Assembly: GCA_024679065.1 (NCBI GenBank)
Contig: JAGIQG010000018.1
Location: forward strand, 16,926,001 to 16,990,000
Direction: 5' to 3'
Source of the DNA: Sphyrna mokarran
Lineage: Eukaryota
Length of the DNA: 64,000 bases
The translations under genes were made by a program, and so were the position numbers. How positions within the stretch are numbered: the stretch's first letter is position 1; each line of letters begins with the position of its first letter. Below, piece by piece: positions 24,126 through 35,304 of this stretch. Under the pieces are notes generated by a model. That model saw only the letters and a program-made list of their open reading frames with translations, made no database searches and was not told the DNA's origin.

Positions 24126-25749
24126 GCTATGTTTGCATTGGCAATGGTACCTTTCCTTCTGCCAAAGTTAACAGTTTCTTTCGTTTGTGTATGTGTGTAT
24201 ATGTCTATAGTTCATTTGGGATTGTTGTGCAGGCCCTGGTTTTGGAACCAGTCATGCATGTGAAGATCTTTGGGCTAGTGATGTACTCCATACCCATTTG
24301 TAATTAATCATTAGCTTGTGTTCTGTGTACACTGTGGGAATTGATTCATTATTCATGGCAAAATGATAGACAAGGGTATAGGGGGTGCTACCAGGTGGGA
24401 GACTGTTGGCACTGAAAAATAATAAGTGTGGGATCAAATAGGTATAAAAGATCTAAATTAATTGGAATCAAAAGTGCAACATTAATTCCTAATAAAATGC
24501 TGTTGCATATCTAGTTTAAAATTGAATCCAACAACAGACTATTTAAGGAGTTATTCATAGCAACATTTTAAAAACTGCTTCAATATAATTGAAAACTTCT
24601 TTTAAGGTTTTGACACACAGTTTGTTTATTCAGTGTATAGTGAGCTACTGGGGAAAAGAGCTGGACATTGTAGGTACAAATGACTGAAATTTTGTTCTGA
24701 TGTGGTCTATTAGAAATGTTCAGTATTTTGAACTGCAAGTGGCATTAGGGAATAATGATGGAGTCTGGGAAAAGAATGGAAGAGGTTCTTAAGTATGTTT
24801 CACGTGTGCATGCATTAATAACTGCGCTCTTGATTCTGTAGAGTATCCTTTTGTTCTAGTGCTCACAGTTTGCATTTTCTTATGATAGAACCATGATCAG
24901 ATTATTTGTTGGCCTACTTATGTTGGTATCGGCAATAATGAATAACTAGGCATGTGAAATTCTGTGCTGTTGCATGCCTGTGAGCATGGATTTCCTGCTG
25001 TGGCCAAACTGAAGAGCTGGTGGCAGCAGCTTAGGCTTCACTGGCACCAAGATATTGGAGGTACCTGGAAAGCTCCTTATTCTAACAGAAGATTATTTGG
25101 CCCAAGTTCTGTCATCCATTCAGGGAAATCACGATGTTTACTCATTGAGACTGGTGTCATCTTCTATATAGAGTTGCCTTTGGTGTTGCTCTTATCTCTC
25201 CAGTTAACTAACGTGTAGAATTGAGTCAATAATACTTCATACTCTATTGCATTAACAACGATTTGTATTAACAGGCTCAAAAATATTGGCAAAGATGTGT
25301 GGGACGCCAGTTCACACTGCCATCATAGAATCTGCTGTCACAGAAGCGGCATAGTTGGTGCAAGTTAATGAAACATAGTTCTGGAATGGTCTGTTGGAAA
25401 GTTTCAGTATTTTGAAAATGTTATTTGTGGTCTTAATAGACCTCATTTGCACACAGACACTGCACTGCCAGTGGCATTAGGAAATAATGGGGATGGATGT
25501 GCGTGTGCGCGCATTTCAGTTCGCACGATTCGGTACATTGTCATGAACAAAATGTATGTGTCTCTTATTACTTGTAATTGGTATGTTTTCTCTTCTAGAA
25601 AAAGATGTCTGGTTTCTTATTGCTGGAGTGTGTAATTAACAATTGGTTGAAAGATCAACCAATTAACAGTATTTTAAATTCACGAAAGCAAGCTTTTGTG
25701 AATTTAAAAATGAAGGTTATTTATTCTCGTACATTCATCCTGAATTATC

Positions 25750-26035
25750 ATAAAAACATACAGTGCACAAGGAGGCCATTTGGCCCATCCAGCCTGCGCT
25801 GACCACAATTCCACCCAACCTATATCCCCACTTATTTACCCTGCTAGTCCCCTGGAACAAAGGGTCAATTTAGCAAGGCCGATCAACCTAACCTTGCATA
25901 TCTTTAGAATTTTGGAGGAAAACAGAGCAGCTGAAGGAAACCCATGCAAACATGAGGAGAATGTGCAAACTCTACATAGACAGTGATCCGAGCTGAGAAT
26001 CGAACTGGGGTCCCTGGCACCATGAGGCAACCGCC
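25750..26035 (-). mobile_element. HE1-type SINE
   Basis: cagtgcacaaggaggccatttggccc tail; gagaatgtgcaaactc core; aatcgaactgggg B box (reverse). Confidence 0.85.
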
Positions 26036-26429
26036 CAATTAAATGCAGCATCAGATGCACTCATTCTTACACACACAATGATTAGATATGAGGAAAGGTC
26101 ATACGCTGGTGACAGGTATCTCAGTCCCTGGTTTATGATCTTCAGTGTCTCACGTGGCAGATGTGCAGTTTCTGGGCAGTTTTTGATACTTTTAAAACTG
26201 AAGGGGAGATCTTGTAAAGCAAAGAATTCACAGCAGTCTTTAGGTTTCTGGTCATGAACAGTTGTAGATGGGTTTTCAGATGAGTTTTTAACAAAACCAT
26301 GTTGGAGGATGGGAGAGACTGTTCTCCATGTTTTTCATTACCTTGACTACTTAAAAACTTGTAGCTAGTTCATAGTTTATCTTCCTGACCTACTGACAAC
26401 TCAATGCAAATAGATCTCAGCTGATTTTT

Positions 26430-27435
26430 AAAAGCAGACAAAAATGTGTTGATCTTCATACCAATGTGGAGATGGATGACAACTCCCAAAAACTGTTCAC
26501 CATTGATATCCACAAACGGTTATATTGATATACTTGCCTGTCATTAAGGTCTCATTGGCATGTGTCATTTTTTAGCGTACTATGGAAAGCTCATTGCAGG
26601 AAATACCTAGAATGGTGGTGTACTTGGATGGTGCCTAAATTACTGGAGCATCCCTAAGGAACAGAGAACAAACCTAGAAGAGGTCTTGAAAAGATTTAAA
26701 GAAACAGACATCCACTTAAAATGAGAGAAATGCATCTTCCAGGTGAGGTTATATACCTGAGTTTCAGGGTAGATGCCAAGGGTTTGCATCCCCTAGAGGA
26801 CAAGATGAAAGCTACCAAAGAAGTACTACAACCTAGAAATCATTCTTAGGGATGATAAACTACAATGGGAGATTCCTGCAAAATATGTCCTCAACTCTGG
26901 TCCTATTGTACCAGCCTCTGAAGAAGCATCAGTGATGGGAATGGGAGAGGACTTTGCTAAAGTAAATAAAACTGTGTAGTCTTCAGCACTACTTGTATAT
27001 TTTGTCCCCACAAACCATGAGTGGGAACTTGCGATGCTTCACCATATGGAGTTTGAGCAGTCTTTCCCTTAAGGTGTCAAACAGAATAGAGGGGCCAATT
27101 GCCTTTGCATCAAGAGCTCTGTCCAAGACTGAGAAGAAATACTCTCAGATTGACAAAGAGAGTCTGGTGGTAATATATATGATGAAGTTTCATCAATATA
27201 TAAGGAAAGCACCTCACCATTGTATCAAATTGCATATTCTGTTCGTGTTGTTTTGAGAAGAAAAGCCAGTGCCACTAATCGCCTCTCTGAGGGTACAGAG
27301 ATAGACTGTGATGTTGGCTGCATATAGCTACTTGTTCCGGCACAGACCAGAAACACAGATATCAAATACGGATGCATTCAACCACTTCTCCCTGGCACAG
27401 ACTCTATCACCTCCACCAATGCCACAATAGAACTG
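26430..27435 (+). mobile_element. Gypsy (Ty3) LTR retrotransposon pol relic: RT and RNase H
   Basis: With stops and frameshifts: MDDNSQKLFTIDIHKRLY, RTMESSLQEIPRMVVYLDG (YLDD motif), CDASPYG, PIAFASRALSKTEKKYSQIDKE, KFHQYI. Confidence 0.85.
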
Positions 27436-27461
27436 GTAACTCTGCAGCCTTGTTCCTATAG

Positions 27462-27584
27462 CCATAATGCAGAGATGCTGGCATTGGACTGGGATGGGCA
27501 CAGTAAGAAATCTCTTAACATCAGGTTAAAGTTCAACAGATTTATTTGGTATCAAGAGCTTTCAGAGTGCTGCTCCTTCATCAG
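27462..27584 (-). mobile_element. 123-bp Penelope-terminus insertion carrying a hammerhead core, with 10-bp TSD
   Basis: Same family as the 3238 terminus. Flanked by gttcctatag at 27452-27461 and 27585-27594. Minus strand starts CUGAUGA-A-GGAGCAGCACUCU-GAAA-GC-UC. Confidence 0.85.
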
Positions 27585-27594
27585 GTTCCTATAG

Positions 27595-28100
27595 GATACC
27601 ATTTGTGCAATTGACCCTAAAGTCTTCAGCATCTCTGTTGTATCAGAGAGATTCAGTTATGCCTTCCTCAGTGCATTCAGTCACCTAGGCCATCTGTACA
27701 GCTTTTTCCAATGAAATTTTAGTCTCAGTCAGCAGCATTTTTTTGTATTGTGAGATTGTTATCCAACAGACCAAAAAGTCTCTTAACATCTCCCCCAAAG
27801 CTGGGCTGAATTCCCAGTACAGTCCCAGCTGGAAGTCATAGTCTGGTCATGAATCTAGTGATGATTTCTCCTGGTTCCCTCACAGCCAAATGGAAACTTA
27901 TACCTCAACATGATGATGGATGGTCAGGGTTATAATGGTCTCACTATGTGGTCAAAGGTCTTAGTGTCCGAGGCATCAGGTGAAGATAGGCCTCCTCCGT
28001 AGGTAGTAAATTTGTTGACTACAGACTGCAAGTAATATCATCTTCTGCTTTTCTTCTGTAGTGATCTCATTAACCAGTGTAATAACTGGAGGTGACTCAA
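27595..28100 (-). mobile_element. Gypsy gag relic
   Basis: Minus strand at about 27690-27795 reads (frameshifted) EMLRDFLVCWI..TIQK.LLTETKISLEKAVQMA, like the gag motif EMLRDRLVCGI...IQKRLL.E..LTLEKA. Confidence 0.7.
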
Positions 28101-28467
28101 TGTGGCCCCAAATAACAAGGGATTTATTAATTAACAATAATAATATATATTGTTGCGAAGTTGAGTACAGTAATTGTAGATTGGTATTTGTAAAATTGTA
28201 AAATGCTAGAGAAAAAGCATTTCATGCTCCCTTTAAAAGGTGGTGCTTTTTCTGTTCTTAGAAAGTAAAAAAAAAATGCAAGCACGTGTAGAGTGCTCAA
28301 AATGAAACATCTGTATCAGAAGGCCAAGCAGCAGGATTACCAAGGCAACAGGGTTTTGAATTACAGTATTTGAATTTAACCTATAAATTTGAATCAGGCA
28401 TTTCAATACTTTCTTCCTTAGAAAGGAAAACAGCCTCAAAATAAGTTGGGGGGGCGCAGTTTAGATC

Positions 28468-28868
28468 AGAGTTGAGGAGGAACTTCTTCACTCAAAAGGT
28501 GGTGAATCTCTGGATTCTCTACCCATTGAAGTGGTGGAGGTTACCTCGTTGAATATATTTAAATCGCAGGTAGATAGATTTCTGATAGACAAGGGAATTA
28601 AGGGTTATGGGGAGAAAGTGGGAAAGTGGAATTGATTTACTTCAAATCAGCCATGATCTTATTGAAGTCACGATGTGGAGATGCCAGCGTTGGACTGGGG
28701 TAAACACAGTAAGATGTCTGACAACACCAGTTTTAAATCCAACCGATTTATTTGATAGTAAACTCGTAAGCTTTCGGCTCTATGGCCTTTGTCAGGCGAA
28801 TGAGGAATGCCAGGGCAGGCTCGAAGGGTTAGGTGGCCTTCTCCTGCTCCTATTTCTTATGTTCTTAT
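28468..28868 (+). mobile_element. CR1 3' end (same subfamily as 18203-18465) interrupted by a short Penelope-terminus insertion at about 28667-28804
   Basis: gttgaggaggaacttcttc...ttcttatgttcttat aligns with the 18203 copy. The insert begins gtcacgatgtggagatgccagcgttggactgggg. Confidence 0.85.
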
Positions 28869-29454
28869 ACAAAACCCTATTAAATTTAAGTCTGATGGTT
28901 TTGACAACCTAAGACCAATTCTATTGTGGGGAATATTGATATGTCATTAGAGGTATAAGTGGAAGGAAGCATTGTGACAAAGGGAGGGAGCAACTGCCAC
29001 CTGCCACAGTTCGTAATTTTTAGCTCAAAGTCTCATCTAAATAGCAAAGAAGAATCAACAGAGAAGGCCCAGAATATTCTGGAAGACACAAAACCTGGTT
29101 GTAATTTAGAGGGTGACTAAAATTCAGTTTTTTTTTGAATTTTAGAGGAGGGGATCCAGCTTTGTTTATAACAAGATGCATACAAATTAAGGGTCTGTCA
29201 GAAAATTCTCTCTCATCTCTACTCTCTTCTCCTCCACTGGCTTCAACAGAAGGTGCTCCACTTCTCCGGATTTGCGCCCACACTCCTAATAGGCTTGGTT
29301 TCCCACGTGGCTTCTCCATAGTTCTGCCCTGGTCATGTGACCTGCAAAGGATTGCCCCTTAAGGAGGCCACATTAACACAGTCTTGCTAATCTCTGATGC
29401 AACATTAAATAGTTGAAGTATTTGTATTCTCTGTTTCAACATCTCGGCTTGATT

Positions 29455-30637
29455 TCATGTCTCACAAATTTGATTAAGTGTATGAAGGGATAACCAAAAA
29501 GATAGATGAGGGCAGTGCAGTTGATATTGTCTACATAGACTTTAGCAAGGCCTTTGACAAGGTACCAATTTACATCTCTCAGGATCCAGGTTGAGGTATC
29601 TAAATGAATGCAAAATTAGCTCCTTGACAGAAGCCAGAGCTTGGTTGTGCAGGATTGTTTTTCAAACTGGAGGCCTGTGACCAGCGGTATGCCTCGGGGA
29701 TCAGTGCTGGGTTCACTGTTATTTGTCATTTGTAGGAAGCACTGTTAGTAAATTTGCAGATGACGCCAAGATTAGTGACATAGTGTACAATGAAGAAAGC
29801 TATATCCAATTGCAGTGGAATTTTGATCAATTGGACCAATGGGCTGATGAAGGGCAGATGGAGTTTAATTTAGACAAATGCAAAGTGATGCATTTTGGTA
29901 GATTGAACCAGGGCAGGACTTACTCAGTTAATAGTAGGACACTGGGGAGAGTTACAGAACAAAGAGGTCTAGGGACACATATTCATTGCTCTTGAAAGTG
30001 GAGTCACAGGTGGAGAGCTGAAGAAAGCATTTGACATGTTTGGTTTCATTGGTCAGAACACTGATTACAGGAGTTGGGACAAAATAAAAAACATTGGTAA
30101 GGCTACACTTGGAATACTGTGTACAGTTCTGGTCACTATTATAGGAAGGATATTATTGAACTAGAAAGGGTGCAGCTAAGATTTACTAGGATGCTGCCAG
30201 GACTTGATGGTTTGAGTTATAAGGAGAGGCTGGATAGACTGGGACTTTTTTCTCTGGAGGATAGGAGGCTGAGGGATGATCTTAAAGAGGTCTGTAAAAT
30301 AATGAGATCAGCTAGATAGTCAATATATTTTCCGAGAGTTAGGGGAGTCTAAAACTAGGGGGCATAGGTTTAAGTTGGGAGGGGAGACATACAAAAGTAT
30401 CCAGAGGAACAATTCTTTTCACACAGAGGGTGGTGAGTGTCTGTGGAACAAGCTGCCAGAGGTGTAGTAGAGGTGGATACAATTTTGTCTTTTGAAAAGC
30501 ATTTAGACAGTTACATGGGTAAGATAGGTATTGAGGGATATGAGCCAAATTAGGATTAGTTTAGGGGTTTAAAAAAAAGAGTGGCATTGGCAAGTTGGGC
30601 CGAAGGGCCTGTTTCCATGCTATAAATCTCTATGACT
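29455..30637 (+). mobile_element. CR1/HER1-like LINE, 5' truncated
   Basis: [42 protein letters not shown]; tail gggccgaagggcctgtttccatgc. Confidence 0.92.
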
Positions 30638-30639
30638 TT

Positions 30640-31015
30640 ATGACTTGCAGCTTACAAAATGTATTGCCTCACGTTTATCTGTGTTGAGTTTCATTTGCCA
30701 ATTATTTGCCCATGTTGCAAGATTATTGATATGTCTTCCCCCGCCCCCCCACCTCATCTCCCATAGACAATATGGTATTATCCACAAATTTATAAGAATT
30801 GTGTTTTTGATTCCAAAGTCCATGTCCTTAATGTAAATTATGAACAGTGGTCCCAGCACTCATCCTTGTGGAACACCACTTGCCACTTCTGCCATTCTGA
30901 ATAACTACTTTTTTATTCCCATTCTCTGCTTTTTACTTGAAGCAATCCATTTTGCCCTCTCTGCTGATGCTACATTCTCTGACGTCATTCATTAGTCTAC
31001 TGCACCTTATCAAAG
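30640..31015 (-). mobile_element. CR1 RT fragment
   Basis: ORF reads LGPLFIIYIKDMD...WANNWQMKLNTDK. Confidence 0.75.
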
Positions 31016-31039
31016 GGAGAACAGTCTTCGAACAAAATG

Positions 31040-31320
31040 CTACTTTGTGTTCCCAAATGATGAGGAAGACTCTTCCCCCTTCCTAGACCTCAGAAACCAG
31101 GACAAATTCCTAAAGGAAAAGTTCAAGATGGTTACCCTGCCCACAGTTATGTAGGCCATGTGCCCAAGAGATTTGCCTGCAGCCAAAAATACTTTTTTAC
31201 ACAGAGACATACAGAAAGTTTTATATCATTTCAGATGCTGAACATGTGTAAACAGAACATGATATGATCCTTCACACCGCCCTCTGCAATTTGTTCTCAC
31301 AAATATCTTTCCAAGTAATA
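31040..31320 (+). mobile_element. DIRS1-type retroelement RT relic
   Basis: From 31041: YFVFPNDEEDSSPFLDLRNQDKFLKEKFKMVTLPTVM*AMCPRD, resembling the DIRS RT motif YF.VPK..G..RPILDLR.LNKFL...KFKM.TL. Confidence 0.6.
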
Positions 31321-32007
31321 AATGCAGCTGTTTTTATAGCCTTTTTACAAATGACTAAATATCTCATCAACACAACCCTTTTGATGTCTCCTGCATAATA
31401 CCTGTATTTAGTATGTGGCCTCAGAAGATTGCACAAGCTACCAAATCAGTAGTTTCAACAGGGAAACTTGATGTGTGACTACAGAATTTACTGAATCCTT
31501 TTTAAATCTTCTACCAAAATATACTTCAAATCCTTCTCGTCAATAGAGACAGAACTGGCGTATTGGCTCTACCCAATGGTCTGAATTTGTATTTGAGTTG
31601 AGACATCATGGTGCCATCCTTCTATCTTCTACCAGAGTCTGGAATCCGGTGGTTAATCCACAAAGCTAAATCAGTCATTTAGAATTGGACCAGTTGGGAA
31701 TTTAGGGACGGTGGGGGTGGTGGAAGATGAGTGAATTGTTGGAAGCGTTCATTCTGGTGTCGCAGGATGAGCTGTTATAGTCATGAAAAATGCCTGCCTC
31801 GTTTCCCCGCATCTCAGCAGTAAACTTCAAAAGTTGTACAAAGCGCTTTGAGGTACTTTGATTTGTATTCTGTTATAGGAATTTTAAGTGCATTATTTTC
31901 TGTTATGTGGGTGAGTTGGAGAGGAGAATGCACAGTAGGGGAGTTGGATTAGATTGTTTAAATGATACATGAGCTGGAGCGACTGAGGTATGTTAATACT
32001 TTATTAT

Positions 32008-32305
32008 CGGTGGCACAGTGGCACATTGCTGCCTCATTTGTGCTAGGGACTTGGGGATCCCCAGCTTGGGTCACTGTCTGTATGGAATCTGCACGTTCTC
32101 CCTCTGTCTGATTAGGTTTCCTCTGGGTGCTCCAGTTTCTTCTCATAGTCTGAAAGATGCCCTGGTTATGTGCATCAGCCATGCTATATTCTCCTTCAGT
32201 GTACCCAGTTAGGCACCAGAGTGCGGTGACAAGGGGATTTTTACAGTAACTTCATTACAGTGTTAATGTAGGTCTACTTGTAACACTAATAAATAACTTT
32301 CAAAC
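32008..32305 (+). mobile_element. HE1-related SINE with alternative tail
   Basis: cggtggcacagtgg head; tail aacttcattacagtgttaatgta...aacactaataaataa. Confidence 0.8.
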
Positions 32306-32964
32306 TTAAAAAAAACTCAGTTACTCAACTCCATAAAGATTCTTCCAAGATAATTTCCCTTGATCACACAATGAACACTACTTAAATCAAATTTTCTGAA
32401 AATATTGATATTTTATTCTTTAATACAAAGCGCATGCACAAACCCCACTTCCTTAGCAACTGCTTGATTTTCTTGGAAAGGGCTGCTGATGTGAAACTCA
32501 GTCTTTTAAATAAGTGATCTCGAAAAATGAAAAAAATTGTGTTGGAGTGGGAGGTTAGGAAGTTAAATGAAGGTGAAATAATTTGCCACAATTTGAGGTT
32601 GAGCCAGGTGTTGTCATTTGCTACCATTAAACGCTCTGCACTATTTCTTCAGCATTTACCTGGCAGCCTAGTGTTTTCTAATCATAAATCCTGAGAGAAG
32701 TGTAGCTGGGCCGTGCTACAGGTCAGCCCATGGGATTTGGCACAAAGGCTTTGAAAGCTGAAAATGAAACAAAAGCAGCTGTTAGAAAAATATTGCTGCA
32801 CCTAATAACAGCAATAAAAATCATTTACAGTCTGCAGTGCAGTTTGAGTGAAGCCAGCCATGCTTTCCAAGCCTGCCAGTGTGGTATTAACAGCCTGATA
32901 TCATTCACAGCTTTTGTTCCCCTGCCGCGATTTTAAATATTTGCTGTCCTATCCTGTCCTGTGG

Positions 32965-33034
32965 ATTGGTAGATGTGATCGGCGCAACTCGTGGGCCGAA
33001 GGGCCTGTTTGTGCTGTATTGTTCTATGTTCTAT
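32965..33034 (+). mobile_element. Very short HER1/CR1 3' tail insertion
   Basis: gatcggcgcaactcgtgggccgaagggcctgtttgtgctgtattgttctatgttctat. Confidence 0.75.
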
Positions 33035-33419
33035 CCACAGATCTCGCTTGAGAGGGAGATGGGAATGATGCTGTATCCTATGCAAAAAAAAAACGGGTTT
33101 TACATTTTAACAAAGCACTGCCGAAGTAGCGTATGGTCTCTTACAGTCGGCAACAGGCTTCTTCCTTTGTTGGTGCAATCCAGTCCCTAATTTCTGTCAA
33201 GTGAGATAGAATGTCCTTGGTAGAAGTTACTGAAAGGTCTATAAACTGCGATTGGGCCTGGCTTAGAGTATATCACAGGGTAGAAGTTATAGTACAGGTC
33301 TATAAGCTGTTTAGGGTACTTTGGAAGGATCTAATGGATGAGATGCAGTATAGCTTCACCAGGGATAAAGAAGTAAAGATTGTGGTTTGCAAAGACTAAG
33401 TTTACACTTCACATAGTGT

Positions 33420-33762
33420 AAGACATTAAGGAGTGATCTAACTGATGTTTTTAAGATGATTAATGGAGCTGGTAGGATAGATGGAGAAAGATGAGGAATA
33501 AAGAACAAGGGGACACAATCTTAAATTTAGGAATCATGCCATTAATGGGAGATAGCATTTCTTCGCAATATGGTAGTGGAAATCTGTCCTCAGAAATCTG
33601 TTAAGACTGGGCATCAATTGAAAATGTGAAAACTGAGATTTTTTTGAAGGAGGTGACTAAATGACATGGAACCAAGGTGAGAATGTGGAGTTAAGATGCA
33701 GTTCAGTTCTAATTTAACGGATGGGATTGATGAGCTGAATAGCCTACTATTCTTCCTATGTT
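33420..33762 (+). mobile_element. CR1 3' end, degraded
   Basis: ggagtgatctaactgatgtttttaagatg, ggggacacaatcttaaa, tail cctactattcttcctatgtt. Confidence 0.7.
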
Positions 33763-34559
33763 GGAAAGTTTGGCTATCCTGTAGGGAGAGTATCATAATC
33801 AGTTATGATGTTTCTGGTGACTCAGTGTCGAGGTTCAAGTAACAGCAGTAATATATTCTAATGTGGTTGTGCCTGCTGAACCAAACCTGAACATTAGTCA
33901 GTGTTTGCAGGAGTTCCAGAGGAGAAAATAGGAAGATAAATTCCAGAATTATGAATTACAACAGCACTAAAAATATTACCATCTTCCATATGTTGAACTA
34001 TGTCAACCTTCCACTTACACTGGATTACTTTCCAATAAAGGAACAGCTGTCTGAGTAAAATTGAAGTAATTTGCACCCTATATATCTGGATTGATTGATT
34101 TACTTATTATAACAGTAAAGGAAAGGTTTGAGTAGCCTTCCTATGCTGCTGTAGGGCTGATTACGTTCTGTTACTGTTTGAAATTTTGACTTCTGTTTAT
34201 CAACTTCACAATTTCTAAGAGGATGTTGTCCAACATTACTATGTTATTCTGCAGGATAAATGCAAGATATAGATTGGACTCAATAATATCAAATAACTTA
34301 ATATTATTTATTTAGAATTTGCAGATCAGACTCAGTGGTAGCACTTTTGACTGGGAGTCAAAAGATTATGGGAAGATTATGAGCCCTACTTTAGAGATCT
34401 GAACACAAACAAGGCCGCTTATATTGTGCTGCATTAAAGAAGCAGGCATTGTTGAGGGCACCAGAATGCAGATAAGATGTTAAACTAAAGACCTTATATG
34501 CATTTCAAGGTGGGTACGAATTTCCAACGGCATGCCTTGCAGAATAGCAAAATACACTC

Positions 34560-35300
34560 TTGAGGAGTATACATGTAACGGAAAAGGAGTTGCTGAAGTC
34601 CTAAAGTGCATCAAGATAGATAATCCTCGGGACGTGAGGAAGTGTATCCCAGGGAGGTGAGGGAGGAAATTGTGGGTCTCTTTGCAGAGATAATTGAATC
34701 ATTAATAGTCACAGGTGAGGTGCCAGAAGATTAGAGGGTCGCAAATGTCCTGCAGAGAAAAGCCTGGAACTACACGCCAATGAGAATCACATCTGTGGTG
34801 GGTAAGTTGCTCGAAGGTATTTTGGGAGGCAGGATCTACAGGCATTTAGAAAGGTAAGGACTGATTAGGAACAGTCAGCATGGCTTTGTGACTTGAAAAT
34901 CATATCTCACAAATTTGATTGAACAGGTAACCGAGAAGGTTGATGAGGACAGTGCAGTTGATGTTGTCTACATGGACTTCAGCAAGATCTCTGACAAGAT
35001 ATCACATGGTAGATTGTTACCTCAATCTCATGGGATCCAGATTGAGGTAGCCAAGTGGATACAAAATTGGACTTGATGACAGAAGACAGAGGGTTGTTTT
35101 TCAACCTGGAAGAATGTGACCAGCGGTGTGCCTCAGAGATCGGTGCTGGATCTACTGTTATTTGGCATTTATATTAACGATTTGGATGAGAATTTAGTAG
35201 GCATGGTTAATAAGTTTGCTGATGACCCTAAAATTTGTGGTATAGTGGAAAGTGAAGATAGTTATCTGGGATTGCAACAGAATCTTGATCAATTGGGCCA
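34560..35300 (+). mobile_element. CR1/HER1-like LINE internal RT fragment
   Basis: EVPED, SQHGFV, VYMDFSK, TSGVPQRSVL..LLFGIYINDLDEN...NKFADD. Confidence 0.9.
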
Positions 35301-35304
35301 TGAG

